From Gemmatimonadaceae bacterium (GTDB lineage Bacteria; Gemmatimonadota; Gemmatimonadetes; Gemmatimonadales; Gemmatimonadaceae): a DNA stretch of 64,000 nt. The stretch is from contig JBGAJQ010000011.1 of the NCBI GenBank assembly GCA_044224875.1, forward strand, positions 44,089-108,088. The letters run 5' to 3'. The position numbers and the translations under genes were made by a program. Under the pieces are notes generated by a model. It was not told the DNA's origin. It did not search any database and saw only the letters and a program-made list of their open reading frames with translations. Each line of letters starts with the position of its first letter. Positions within the stretch are counted from its first letter, which is position 1. This document shows, piece by piece, positions 20,345 to 30,377 of the stretch.

Positions 20345-22696
20345 CTAGTTCACCGTCACGTTTCGGACGATCGTGTTGTTCGACGCGTTGGGATCAGGGT
20401 TCTGGCCCGTCACCGTGATCGTCTTGGGAAACACACCTCGCTGTACGGCCTTGAGCGTCATCGTGAACGTCGCCTGGCCGCCGGACGCAATGCCCGCAAC
20501 CAGACAGGTAAGTCCGCTGGCAGAGCCGGAGCAGCTTGCGCCTGTGGCCCCTTGGAACTGGAACCCGCCGGCGGGCTGGAAGGTGACCGTTGCGCCTGTC
20601 GACAGCGTGGGACCCGCGTTGGACACGCGGAATCCGACGGTGAAGACCTGGTTGAGCGTGAGCGGCGGGGGCGCTTGAGAGATCCCAACCGACAAGTCGG
20701 CGCTCCCGTCATTGTCCGTGATATTGGCGACGACCGACGCCGGAACGAATCCATTGAAGAAGGGATCGGCGCTCACAACGCCGTGCGCGATGGTGCCGAT
20801 GTGAGCAGGCTCGACGACCGCGTCGTCGACGGCGGCGACGGTGACGGTTTGTGGGAGCATCCAGTTCGTCGTCGTAAAGCTCAATGGCGACGGCCCAGCG
20901 CTTACCTGGGCATCGGGCAAGACATTCACGGTGACGGTCCCCGTTGGTGCTTGCGAGAGGCACACCGCGTACGCGTTGCTGGGACCACCCTCCGCCAGCG
21001 GCAGCTGTGTCGGCGATGCTTGCACCTTGGTGGCTTGGTCGTACCCAATCAGCTGCAACACGTGGATCGGGCTGTTGAGCCGCCAGAAGCGCCCCAGGCC
21101 CGGGTTCAGACCCGTCACCGAGTTGAAGGAGCCGCGAGCACCAGGGCTGCCATCCGTGATAATGTCCAGCACCTGGCCACACACCGCCATGCCCGGACCG
21201 GTCAGGATGCTGAGTACCCCTCCATAGTTTATCTGACCCGCGACCGCCAATCGATCAAAGGCGCCCGCCTGCGTGCCATTGACTTCGATCGCCAAGGTAC
21301 CGGAGCCACCGCTGAGGTCGATCATCGATGCGTTGAGCGTTCCGACGGGATTGCCCGGCGCGACGACGCCACTGTTCAGCACCACGACAAACGGCACACT
21401 GCCCGTGCCGGTCAGGGTGCCTCCGTTCACCCGCAGTTGCCCTGAAGTAAACACGCCGGTGTCACGACTCCGGAAGGTTGCGCCTGACGATACAGTGAAG
21501 ACGGAGGCGCCGGCGCCAGTGACGGTCCCGAAGTTCTCGAAGACACCGCCCACCTTGTCGAAGTAGACGCCCGCTCCCGGCAGGCTAACTGCCCCGTTGT
21601 TCACGGCTGACATGTTGAGGTGAAGCTCGGCGCCCGCCGCTGGCTGTTGCATCACCGACCCGTTGTTGGTGAGGGTGCCACTGCCATTCAGGGTAAGGAC
21701 CGTCGCGGCAAAGAATGCCTGGTCAAACCGCACACTTCCCGATACGGTGGGCGACCCGTTCCACGTGATGCTACTGCTACCTACCGCGCCGTGTCCCACG
21801 ATCCACACCTTCGTTCCCACAGGCACGTTGCCGGTAATTGCACTCGTGCCCGCGATGGTGGACGCCACGGCGATGTCATGTGCACCGGACAGCGTCGCGC
21901 CCAGAACCAGGCTCGCACCCCGCAGGCGCACGATCGGCAGCCCGTTCTGCGCCGACAGGGGCAGAGACCCACCGTTGAGGGTGAACGTGCCGGCCTGCAT
22001 GTCAAACACCGGGAGAATTGGCGTCGTGATCGTCCCGCCATTCTGCTGAAACGTTGGGCTCCCCGCCGTTCCCGGTATCACGATACCCGTGCCGCTCGTC
22101 AGCGTGATCGTACCACTGTTGACGTAGGCGCCGTTCGTTTTGCCCCACGTTTGGACGCCCGCAATAGTAATGCTGCCGCTATTCGTGACGTCGGCGTTCA
22201 ACTCGGTGGTGCCAAAGCCATTGGTATGCGACAGCACCCCAGCGTTGGTTACACTTGCCGCATTCACCCGGCCAACGCCAAACTCGTCGTATGACAGCTT
22301 GCCGGAGACGCCGATCTCGATGCCTTGCGCAACGTCCAGCCGCACGTCCGTTCCCGCCAGGCTCAACGTCTGCACACCGCTCGCCGCTCCGATCGCGATT
22401 CCAGTCACCGCAACAGGCGTGGCATCGACCGTCGGATCCAGCGTGACCGTGTAGGTCCCAGCGACGTCGACGCACGCCACGTCGGCGGAACCAGGAACAG
22501 CGTTAGGCGACCACTTGGCGGCGTCGAACCAGCTGCCATTGACGGCCGAGGCCCAGTGGTGTGTACATGGTGGGTTTGCTGACAAACGAGCCGACCACAC
22601 GTGCGTTCCCGCGACCTTGGGTGGCCCCGCCGGTCCATCCGCGCAACCCGCGGTTACGACAACGGCAACGACATAGGCCAACACTCGGCTCTTCAT
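20345..22696 (-). CDS. Surface lipoprotein with beta-helix-like passenger, Ig-like domain and C-terminal DUF11
   Basis: Lipobox TAGC, G/N/T-rich repeats, FTTTNW..PQTVTV.AVDD, ADLSV...V.NAGP and DPNASNNT. Confidence 0.75.
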   Translation of the reverse strand: MKSRVLAYVVAVVVTAGCADGPAGPPKVAGTHVWSARLSANPPCTHHWASAVNGSWFDAAKWSPNAVPGSADVACVDVAGTYTVTLDPTVDATPVAVTGIAIGAASGVQTLSLAGTDVRLDVAQGIEIGVSGKLSYDEFGVGRVNAASVTNAGVLSHTNGFGTTELNADVTNSGSITIAGVQTWGKTNGAYVNSGTITLTSGTGIVIPGTAGSPTFQQNGGTITTPILPVFDMQAGTFTLNGGSLPLSAQNGLPIVRLRGASLVLGATLSGAHDIAVASTIAGTSAITGNVPVGTKVWIVGHGAVGSSSITWNGSPTVSGSVRFDQAFFAATVLTLNGSGTLTNNGSVMQQPAAGAELHLNMSAVNNGAVSLPGAGVYFDKVGGVFENFGTVTGAGASVFTVSSGATFRSRDTGVFTSGQLRVNGGTLTGTGSVPFVVVLNSGVVAPGNPVGTLNASMIDLSGGSGTLAIEVNGTQAGAFDRLAVAGQINYGGVLSILTGPGMAVCGQVLDIITDGSPGARGSFNSVTGLNPGLGRFWRLNSPIHVLQLIGYDQATKVQASPTQLPLAEGGPSNAYAVCLSQAPTGTVTVNVLPDAQVSAGPSPLSFTTTNWMLPQTVTVAAVDDAVVEPAHIGTIAHGVVSADPFFNGFVPASVVANITDNDGSADLSVGISQAPPPLTLNQVFTVGFRVSNAGPTLSTGATVTFQPAGGFQFQGATGASCSGSASGLTCLVAGIASGGQATFTMTLKAVQRGVFPKTITVTGQNPDPNASNNTIVRNVTVN

Positions 22697-22749
22697 AAAT
22701 GACCTCCGGCTCACTAGGGAGAGGATGACAGCGTGCGAAGTCTCCCCTC

Positions 22750-22783
22750 CATGCGCGTTATGCCTTGCCGACCGTCTCATGCC
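22750..22783 (-). promoter_or_regulatory. Putative ECF promoter GGCATGAGACG-N15-CGCGCATG (for the surface protein gene)
   Basis: Both boxes and the spacer length are identical to 23499-23532. Confidence 0.7.
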
Positions 22784-22931
22784 ACTCACGCCGTGGCAGT
22801 TGACCGAATTCAGTCGCGCGCGATGCGAGAGATCCTCCCGCACACGCCGACGGCTCGGATATTGCGGAGGTCGCTCCCCCGGGATAACGTCGTCACAGAA
22901 CGGGCGGGTTGAGCCCGTCGGACCCTCGTAT

Positions 22932-23495
22932 ATGTCGAACGCTCACTCAGTTACGCGATTGCTCGCGGACCTCCGTGTCGGCAAGGAGGGAGCGCTCGAG
23001 GAACTGGTGCGACTGGTCTATCCGGAGTTCCGCGAGATGGCCGCCGCGCAGCTGAGGAACGAGCGTCCTGAGCACACCCTGCAGCCCACGGCGCTGGTTC
23101 ACGAGGCCTTTCTCAAGCTCGTGCCAGATGGCTCAGCGGACTTCGAGAACCGAGCGCACTTTTTTGGTGCGGCCGCCAGCGCCATGCGTCGCGTACTCGT
23201 GGACCACGCGCGGCGTCACCACGCGCTCAAGCGAGGCAGCGGCGAGCTTCTGCGCCTGGAATCTGGCATGGACGTGGCGTTGCAGTCGGCGGATCAGATG
23301 ATCCGCGTGGATGAGGCACTCGACCGTCTTGCGCAGCTGGATCCGCGTCAGGCCCGTGTGGTGGAGCTGCGGTTCTTCGCAGGGCTCACGGTAGAGGAAT
23401 CCGCTGCCGTTCTTGGTGTGGCGCCCATCACCATAAAGCGCGACTGGGCGATGGCGCGCGCGTGGCTCTTTCGCGAACTGTCGACCCCTTCGTGA
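22932..23495 (+). CDS. ECF sigma factor, TIGR02999 type (kinase-associated)
   Basis: VTRLL, HTLQPTALVHEAFLKL, RAHFFGAAASAMRRVLVDHAR, VVELRFFAGL and RDWAMARAWL. Confidence 0.92.
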   Translation: MSNAHSVTRLLADLRVGKEGALEELVRLVYPEFREMAAAQLRNERPEHTLQPTALVHEAFLKLVPDGSADFENRAHFFGAAASAMRRVLVDHARRHHALKRGSGELLRLESGMDVALQSADQMIRVDEALDRLAQLDPRQARVVELRFFAGLTVEESAAVLGVAPITIKRDWAMARAWLFRELSTPS

Positions 23496-23498
23496 ACC

Positions 23499-23532
23499 GG
23501 CATGAGACGCGTTCGGCGATCCTTCGCGCATG
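23499..23532 (+). promoter_or_regulatory. Putative ECF promoter GGCATGAGACG-N15-CGCGCATG (for the kinase gene)
   Basis: Duplicate of 22750-22783, about 46 nt upstream of the kinase ATG. Confidence 0.7.
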
Positions 23533-23578
23533 ATCTCTACGAGCACAGCGCGTTGAGCTCATCACTCGTCGCCGTCGA

Positions 23579-26131
23579 ATGACAGCCTCACCCAATTCCT
23601 GGTCGGAACTCAAGGCGCTCTTCTTCGAGTTGTCGGACATGCTGCCGGCTGAACGCGAGGTTCGGCTGCGCACGGTCGCCAACGCCGACGCCGCGCTCGC
23701 CGCTGACCTGCGGAGCTTGCTCGCCGCCCACGACGTTTCCGATGCGCAGTTCAACGACGTTCTCCCGCAGTCATTGGGATTTCTGGAAGCCCGTCGTGAG
23801 GCCCCGACCTTGGTCGGGCGGGAGGTCGGGCACTACCTGGTGACGCGTCTGGTGGGGCGCGGGGGCATGGGTGCGATTTACGAAGCACATCGCGCCGACG
23901 ATGAATTCAGGAAGCGCGTGGCGATCAAGACCATTTGGCGAGGAGCCGAAAGTGACGTGGTCTTGCATCGTTTTCGCACGGAGCGACAGATCCTGGCCAG
24001 CTTGCAGCACCCGCACATCGCCGCGCTGCTGGATGGAGGTGTCACGTCGGATGGGCTGCCATACTTCGTGATGGAGTTCGTGGACGGCGCAGGTATCGAC
24101 CACTACTGCGCATCGCATCGACTGGGCGTGGCCGATCGCGTGCGACTCGTGCGCGAGGTGTGCGACGCCGTCCAGTACGCGCATCAGAACCTGGTCGTAC
24201 ACCGTGACATCAAACCGGGCAACGTACTGGTGACGCCCGATGGCGTTCCCAAACTGCTGGACTTTGGCATCGCCAAGTTGATCGGGACCGATGGAGCTGG
24301 CGGACACACCCTCACCGAGGCCGGCCTGCGACCTTTTACCATCACGTATGCCAGCCCGGAGCAGTTGCGCGGTCAGGCGGTGTCGACGGCGACCGACGTC
24401 TATTCGTTGGGCGTTCTGTTGTTTGAGCTGTTGACGGGGCGGCCGCCGTTCGCGGCGAGCGGTGGCACGTCGCATGAACTCATGCGTGAGATCACCGAGC
24501 AGGATCCGCCGAGGCTATCCGGTGCCTGCGACGCCACCGCAATGTCGACATACCCGGATCCTTCTCGCGTGAGCCGTGAGCTCACGGGCGATCTCGACGC
24601 CATCGTGCAGATGGCGCTCCGTAAGGAACCCGAGCGAAGATATCAGTCCGCCGAGCAGCTGTCGCTCGACTTGCGGCGCTATCTGGAGCACCAGCCGGTC
24701 GTGGCCGGCCCGGATACGTGGTCATACCGGGCGGCCAAGTTCACTCGGCGCCATCGAACCACGGTTGTTGCTGCAGGCCTGTTGGCGGTGTCGCTCATCG
24801 GCGGGACCGTAGCCACATGGCGTCAGGCGCGCGCGGCCGCCCAGGAGCGCGATCATGCACAGGCGGAAGCGCGCCGCGCCGATGCGGAACGCGACAAAGC
24901 ACAGCAGGTCACCGCGTTCCTGCAGCGCACGCTGGGGTCTGCCGACCCGTCGCAGCTGGGACGTGACGTGACCCTGCGCGAGGTGCTGGACTCGGCAAGC
25001 GTATCGCTCACCAGTCTGGCCTCGCAGCCCTCGGTGGAAGGCGAGCTGCGGCGCGTGCTCGGCGACACCTACTTCTCGCTCGGACTCTACGACCGTGCCG
25101 AGCAGCAGCTGCAACGCGCGTTGGAGGTTCAGCAAGGCTTGCACGGACCAGAGAGCCGCGAAGCGGCCCTCGTGCAGAGTGCGCTGGGTGGCGTCGCTGA
25201 GGCGCGAGGCGACATGGCGGCGGCCGAGCAGATCCAGCGGGCGGTGCTTGTCACGCTCCGGCGGGCTGGCCCCGCCGACGCCGCGGTGGCGGCGCAGCTC
25301 GACAATCTGTCGCGCGTACGGCAGAGTCTCGGCGACCTGACGGAGGCCGAGCAGCTCCAACGCGAGGCGTTGGGTATTCGCCGCGCGATCGACTCGACGT
25401 CGGATGACGTTGCGGCGTCCCTCAACAACCTGGCCGTAGTGCTCGGAGAAAGCGGCCGGCTCGCACCTGCCGAGTCGCTGCACCGCGAGGCGTTAGGCAT
25501 CACCCAACGCCGGCACGGGCCCAGTCATCCGTTGGTGGCCAACGCCATGGCGACACTGGCCGCGATTCTGGATCGCGAAGGAAAGTCCGCCAGTGCCGAC
25601 ACCCTGTTTCGCGCTACACTGGCACTCCGCCGGACCTTGCTCGGGGCGCAGCATCCCGACTACGCATGGACGGCGTTTTCGTACGCGCAGTTCCTGGTCG
25701 ACCACCAGCGCTTTGCCGAAGCCATCCCCCTGGCACGCGAGGTGTTGGCGTTGCGTGGCCAAACACTGCCGAACAGTCATCCCGCCGTCGCGGCCGCGTT
25801 GCAGGCGCTGGGCAGGAGTCTCGATGCGACGGGCCAACTGGCTGACGGGGGACGCGCGCTCCGAGAGAGTCTGTCCCTGCGCCAGGCCGCGTTGCCGCCG
25901 GGACACTGGTTGATTGCCACCTCGGAGAGCCTCGTGGGCGAACACGAGTTGCGGATTGGCAATCTACGCGCGGCGGAGCCCTTGTTGGTTCGCGCGTATC
26001 GCCAACTAGTGGCGACCCGAGGTGGATCGGCGCCACCGACCGATGCAGCACGCGCTCGACTGATCGAGCTGTACGAGCGAGAGGGTCGCCTGCAGGACGC
26101 GGCTCGGCTTCGGGGCGCCTCAAAGCCCTAG
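23579..26131 (+). CDS. Membrane Ser/Thr kinase with extracytoplasmic TPR repeats
   Basis: GRGGMG, HRDIKPGN, DFGIAK, YASPEQ, GDLDAIV..AL.KEP.RRY, one TM helix and kinesin-like TPRs. Confidence 0.93.
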   Translation: MTASPNSWSELKALFFELSDMLPAEREVRLRTVANADAALAADLRSLLAAHDVSDAQFNDVLPQSLGFLEARREAPTLVGREVGHYLVTRLVGRGGMGAIYEAHRADDEFRKRVAIKTIWRGAESDVVLHRFRTERQILASLQHPHIAALLDGGVTSDGLPYFVMEFVDGAGIDHYCASHRLGVADRVRLVREVCDAVQYAHQNLVVHRDIKPGNVLVTPDGVPKLLDFGIAKLIGTDGAGGHTLTEAGLRPFTITYASPEQLRGQAVSTATDVYSLGVLLFELLTGRPPFAASGGTSHELMREITEQDPPRLSGACDATAMSTYPDPSRVSRELTGDLDAIVQMALRKEPERRYQSAEQLSLDLRRYLEHQPVVAGPDTWSYRAAKFTRRHRTTVVAAGLLAVSLIGGTVATWRQARAAAQERDHAQAEARRADAERDKAQQVTAFLQRTLGSADPSQLGRDVTLREVLDSASVSLTSLASQPSVEGELRRVLGDTYFSLGLYDRAEQQLQRALEVQQGLHGPESREAALVQSALGGVAEARGDMAAAEQIQRAVLVTLRRAGPADAAVAAQLDNLSRVRQSLGDLTEAEQLQREALGIRRAIDSTSDDVAASLNNLAVVLGESGRLAPAESLHREALGITQRRHGPSHPLVANAMATLAAILDREGKSASADTLFRATLALRRTLLGAQHPDYAWTAFSYAQFLVDHQRFAEAIPLAREVLALRGQTLPNSHPAVAAALQALGRSLDATGQLADGGRALRESLSLRQAALPPGHWLIATSESLVGEHELRIGNLRAAEPLLVRAYRQLVATRGGSAPPTDAARARLIELYEREGRLQDAARLRGASKP

Positions 26132-26204
26132 GAGTTGAACGGCAAGTAGATTCTCGTCACCTCAGACATCGCGCCGACTCTCACATCGTCGAGGAACTGT
26201 TTCC

Positions 26205-27167
26205 ATGAAAACACAATGGATCGTGAGGCTCGCCGCGGCGAGCATCATGGCACCCGTCGCCGCCTGGACGCAGCAAACGCCGCCAGCTCCGCAACCCGGG
26301 ACCAAGTGGTCTGACGAACAACTCCTGAAGGCCGTTGCGCCAGTGCGCGCGGGGCGGAAACTCACGCCGAAGAAGTGGCCGAACAACGCCAAGGTCGCCG
26401 TGTGCTTGAGCTTCGACGACGACAATGAATCGTACCTCCTCGCGTCGGGCCAAACCTCACCGACGACCCTCTCGACGGCGGACTTCGGGGCGCAAACAGG
26501 TCTCGACCGCATCCTCGCGATGCTCGACAAACACCAGATCTCGTCCACGTTTTTCATCCCCGCTGTGAGCGCGCTCATTCATCCGGAGATGATTCCCAAG
26601 ATCATGAAGTCGGGTCGCCACGAAATCGGCGTACACGGGTGGATTCACGAGTTCCCCCCGGCGACCGGCAGCGCCGAGGAGGAGGAGCGACTGTTGAACA
26701 AGGCGATCGACTTTCTCACGAAGGCCACCGGAAAGCGGCCGGTGGGGTATCGCGCCCCGGCGTGGGCCTTCAGCGAGAATACCATCGGCATCATTCGCAA
26801 GGCGGGCTTCTTCTACGATAGCAGCCTCGGCTCGATGGATGAGCCATTCGAGATCATGTCCAATGGCGAAGCGACAGGAATGGTGGAGCTGGCGATTGAC
26901 TGGACGTTGACCGAAACGCCATACCTCGGTCGCGGTGGCACCATGCCATCGCCCGAATTGTTGTTCAAGCTGTATCGCGACGAGTTCGACGGGGCGTACG
27001 ACCTCGGGACCACGTTCATGCTGACGTTGCATCCCCACGTCGTGGGTCACCGCGCCCCGATGAAGTATCTCGATGAACTCGTTGGGTACATGAAGTCCAA
27101 ACCCGGCGTGTGGTTTGGTACCTGCGAGCAGATCGCACGCTACGTGGCGAAAGAAGCTGGCATGTAG
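26205..27167 (+). CDS. Secreted polysaccharide deacetylase (CE4/PuuE-like)
   Basis: LSFDDD, TFFIP, HEIGVHGWIHE, GYRAP, YDSS and LHPHVVG. Confidence 0.88.
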   Translation: MKTQWIVRLAAASIMAPVAAWTQQTPPAPQPGTKWSDEQLLKAVAPVRAGRKLTPKKWPNNAKVAVCLSFDDDNESYLLASGQTSPTTLSTADFGAQTGLDRILAMLDKHQISSTFFIPAVSALIHPEMIPKIMKSGRHEIGVHGWIHEFPPATGSAEEEERLLNKAIDFLTKATGKRPVGYRAPAWAFSENTIGIIRKAGFFYDSSLGSMDEPFEIMSNGEATGMVELAIDWTLTETPYLGRGGTMPSPELLFKLYRDEFDGAYDLGTTFMLTLHPHVVGHRAPMKYLDELVGYMKSKPGVWFGTCEQIARYVAKEAGM

Positions 27168-27307
27168 CTCGTATCCACCCTCCCACGCTCGCCTCGGCTG
27201 CAACCCGTTGAGTGCCAAGGCAGACACCGTGGGACCGCTCGTTTCCAAATCGCGGGAATACGATATTCCCCTTGAGCAATCACGCGGGTCTACAACCAGG
27301 AACTCCA

Positions 27308-27697
27308 ATGTCCAATCCCCTGAGAGCGTCGGCCGTCATCTTCGCCAAGGACAACGCTCGTCTGGCGCGATTCTACACAGAGGTTCTGAAAGCGCGTACG
27401 ATCCGTGCCGAACCGGGTTACGAAGTGCTCCAGCTGGCGGACATCGAACTCGTGATCCACGCGATTCCCGAGCACATTGCCAACACGTTTGAGACTGCAT
27501 CCCCGCCAGCTCTGCGCGAGGACGCGTCGATCAAGCTGGCCTTCCCCGTCGTGAGTCTCGAGTCCACACGCAAGGTCGTGACGAGCCTGGGCGGAGTCGC
27601 ACATGGGCGTTCCTGGCAGGGTGAGGGTTTCACCGCCTGCGACGTCTCCGATCCCGAGGGCAATGTCCTGCAACTTCGCGAAGCCACAGGAAGGTGA
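27308..27697 (+). CDS. VOC/glyoxalase family protein
   Basis: LARFY and DPEGNVLQL. Confidence 0.85.
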   Translation: MSNPLRASAVIFAKDNARLARFYTEVLKARTIRAEPGYEVLQLADIELVIHAIPEHIANTFETASPPALREDASIKLAFPVVSLESTRKVVTSLGGVAHGRSWQGEGFTACDVSDPEGNVLQLREATGR

Positions 27698-27791
27698 TCG
27701 TTGGATGCTTTTCTGCGCGGGATGCCTCTGCGGCAGCCGGCGGTCGACGGCACTTGGTGAAGCACTTCTCCCGACTTCGATCGTCCAGTCG

Positions 27792-28724
27792 CTACCTACG
27801 GGTCGAGTCCAAGTCTCGGGCGACGCGCAGGCCGATTGAGTCGTCTCGATGGGTCGGAGCGTAGGGGAATCGCTCGGCGGTACGAAGGTTGTGGGCCAAC
27901 GTGCCCCAGGACCCACCTTTCGCTATTCGCCTGTCGCAGGGCACTTCTGGGGACTCCGCCAGACCGTTGGCGTTCAGGTGCTCATGCGAAGGCGTGTAAC
28001 AGTCGGCCACCCACTCGCTAGTGTTGCCGATCATGTCGTACACACCGAACTTGTTAGGCAGTAACGCGCCCACGGGATTCGTGTGCATCCAACCGTCACG
28101 ACATGGAAGAGGGTCAAACACCGGATACGCCGATGTGTCGATGGGTCGGTACTCTTCCCAGATCGTCTCGTCGAAACCATTGGCGAAGCGGCACCCCTTG
28201 GACGCATCGTCGCCCCACGGGAAGAGGGTGCGGACACCCGCCGCGGCCACGTACTCCCATTCGACCTCGCTCAGCAACCGGTAGCCGCCGGCGGTGACGG
28301 TGTTCAGCCACGTCACGTAGGCGACCGCGTCGTCGTAGCTGATGCACACGACTGGATGATCGTCCGCCTGCGTGAACCCTGGGTCCAGAAACGTGGTCCC
28401 GCCGTCGTATTGCCAGTCGCCGCGTTTGACACGATCGGTGAGGCAGTTCCCGCCAACCGCATGATTGGTGGCTTTGACGAACGCCGCGTACTGACCTCGC
28501 GTGATCTCGAATCGGCTCACAGCAAATGGGCGTACGATCCGAATGACGCGTCTCGGCAACTCGTCGGGGCGCTGGTAGCGCGCACCCTCGACGGAACCGA
28601 ATGTCGCGTTCCCGGGCTGGATCCGCTGCATCGCAGGGCAGCTCGAACACACCGGTTTGATTGGGACGCGCGCGTTCGCGCAGCCCAGGAGCGGCAACAC
28701 GAACGCCAAAATGGAAGCCCTCAT
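27792..28724 (-). CDS. Formylglycine-generating enzyme (SUMF1/FGE-sulfatase) family lipoprotein
   Basis: HPVVCISYDDA, RLLSEVEWEY, PNKFGVYDMIGN and GGSW; lipobox LLGC. Confidence 0.88.
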   Translation of the reverse strand: MRASILAFVLPLLGCANARVPIKPVCSSCPAMQRIQPGNATFGSVEGARYQRPDELPRRVIRIVRPFAVSRFEITRGQYAAFVKATNHAVGGNCLTDRVKRGDWQYDGGTTFLDPGFTQADDHPVVCISYDDAVAYVTWLNTVTAGGYRLLSEVEWEYVAAAGVRTLFPWGDDASKGCRFANGFDETIWEEYRPIDTSAYPVFDPLPCRDGWMHTNPVGALLPNKFGVYDMIGNTSEWVADCYTPSHEHLNANGLAESPEVPCDRRIAKGGSWGTLAHNLRTAERFPYAPTHRDDSIGLRVARDLDSTRR

Positions 28725-28975
28725 GCGCGAGGATAGCTCACTGCATGTCGCCAATGCATCCCTTACGGGACGAACTGCTTCGCCGGGATGCGAATACCTC
28801 CCGTGAAGCTCCGAGCAGCAACGTAGCGATACCTTGGCACCGTCGACTGGATGCGAAAGCAGGGGCGGGACGAGTGAGAGTAGCGCTTGTGCGAGGTGCC
28901 TTGACGAGGTCGACGGCGCGCCTGATGTTAGCGTGCCGGTCCGACGACCAGCTCGAACAACCCCTCGGAGGCAAC

Positions 28976-29347
28976 ATGGGCAACAACCCCACGATGAAGT
29001 CGGCCCTGGCCGGCGTTGTGCTGCAAGCGGTCATGGTCATGATCGGCAAGGCCGTCCCGTCGATCGGACAGATCCCGAACTTCTACGCCATCTGTGGCAC
29101 GATCCTCTCCGTTGTCACGGGGGTCGTTCATGCGAAGTTCGCACCGAGTGCTCAAGGGACGCAGGCAGCGATGGGAGGCGCCATTGCCGGCGGCACCAGC
29201 AGCATCCTCGGCGGAGCGTTTGCAGCCGCAACGGGTCAGTGGCCGGGATTCCAGGCCGTGCAGCTGCTGTTCCCCTTTCTCTCCGGCGGCGTCGGTGGAG
29301 GCATCGGGGCCCTACTCGGGCGCATGCTGCCAGGGAACGCTCGCTAG
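28976..29347 (+). CDS. Small Gly-rich membrane protein
   Basis: GGAGG RBS; four hydrophobic, glycine-zipper-like segments. Confidence 0.7.
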   Translation: MGNNPTMKSALAGVVLQAVMVMIGKAVPSIGQIPNFYAICGTILSVVTGVVHAKFAPSAQGTQAAMGGAIAGGTSSILGGAFAAATGQWPGFQAVQLLFPFLSGGVGGGIGALLGRMLPGNAR

Positions 29348-29415
29348 GATCTCCTCGAGTCGACGCGCCCCCCGCCCCTTGGCATCCGAACCATCGACCC
29401 GCAGGAGCCTTGCTG

Positions 29416-29757
29416 ATGGCGTACGACGAACAACTCGCTGAGCGAATTCGCTCCGCTCTCGCAGGCAACCGACACGTGACCGAAAAGAAGATGTTCGGTG
29501 GCATCGCCTTTCTTCGGAAAGGGCTGATGTTTGTCGGTGTGTCGAGTGACTCGCTGATGGCACGTGTGGGCAAGGAGCACCACGCCGACTCCATCAGCCG
29601 AAAGCATGTTCGGCCAATGGACTTTACGGGCAAGCCCATGCAGGGCTACGTGTACGTTGACGCCCCGGGCCTCAAGACGGAAGCGCAGCTCCGCTTCTGG
29701 CTCGAACGCTGCGAACACTTCGTCTCCACGTTGCCACCGAAGAAGAAGAAACCGTAG
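29416..29757 (+). CDS. TfoX/Sxy N-terminal domain protein
   Basis: MAYDEQLAERIR, EKKMFGG and MDFTGKPM.GYVYV. Confidence 0.9.
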   Translation: MAYDEQLAERIRSALAGNRHVTEKKMFGGIAFLRKGLMFVGVSSDSLMARVGKEHHADSISRKHVRPMDFTGKPMQGYVYVDAPGLKTEAQLRFWLERCEHFVSTLPPKKKKP

Positions 29758-29873
29758 CGCGCCTGGATCTGAGCCGTATCGTTGGGATGGTTGTCTCTAC
29801 CAAGACGCGAGCAAGGACGCACGTTCGTTAGTCTTCGAGATCTCCGCCAGGCTCCGGTCGTTCACGGTGTTCG

Positions 29874-30266
29874 TTAGATCGGCGTGGAAACTCCGAGCTT
29901 GAACCCGTCCAGGTCGTTGAACTGGAACATGCGCGCACCCCACGGCCGGTCCGCCGGTTCACTCAGGAGTTTGCCGCCAGCTGCCTTGATCCGTGTGGCC
30001 GTCGCGTCCACGTCCGCCGGACTGGCGACGTTGATCTGCAGGTAGAAACCCTGCCCCTTGATCCGATCCCAACCGAGCTTGCCATCGTCCTGATTCAGGA
30101 CGATGCGGCAATCGCCGGCGGCGATCACGGCCCCAGATACCTTGCCTGCCGTCTCGAACTGATTGAGGACGGTGAATCCAAGGGCGTCGCGGTACCAGCG
30201 GATGGATGCTTCAATGTCCTTGCACGTGAGGGAGCAGCCAAGGTTTGTTGCGTTGAACGTGGACAT
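29874..30266 (-). CDS. VOC/glyoxalase family protein
   Basis: SIRWYRDALGF, PADRPWG and DLDGF. The TAA stop lies within ATCTAAC. Confidence 0.88.
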   Translation of the reverse strand: MSTFNATNLGCSLTCKDIEASIRWYRDALGFTVLNQFETAGKVSGAVIAAGDCRIVLNQDDGKLGWDRIKGQGFYLQINVASPADVDATATRIKAAGGKLLSEPADRPWGARMFQFNDLDGFKLGVSTPI

Positions 30267-30377
30267 GGCGCGCGAGGGTAAGGGATGCGGTAAGGGGGAG
30301 GGCGGAAATCCTAAGGCCCGATGCAGACGTGCGCTACTGGCTCCCAGCGCCCGGCGCTCCCGTCCTCGACGACGCGC

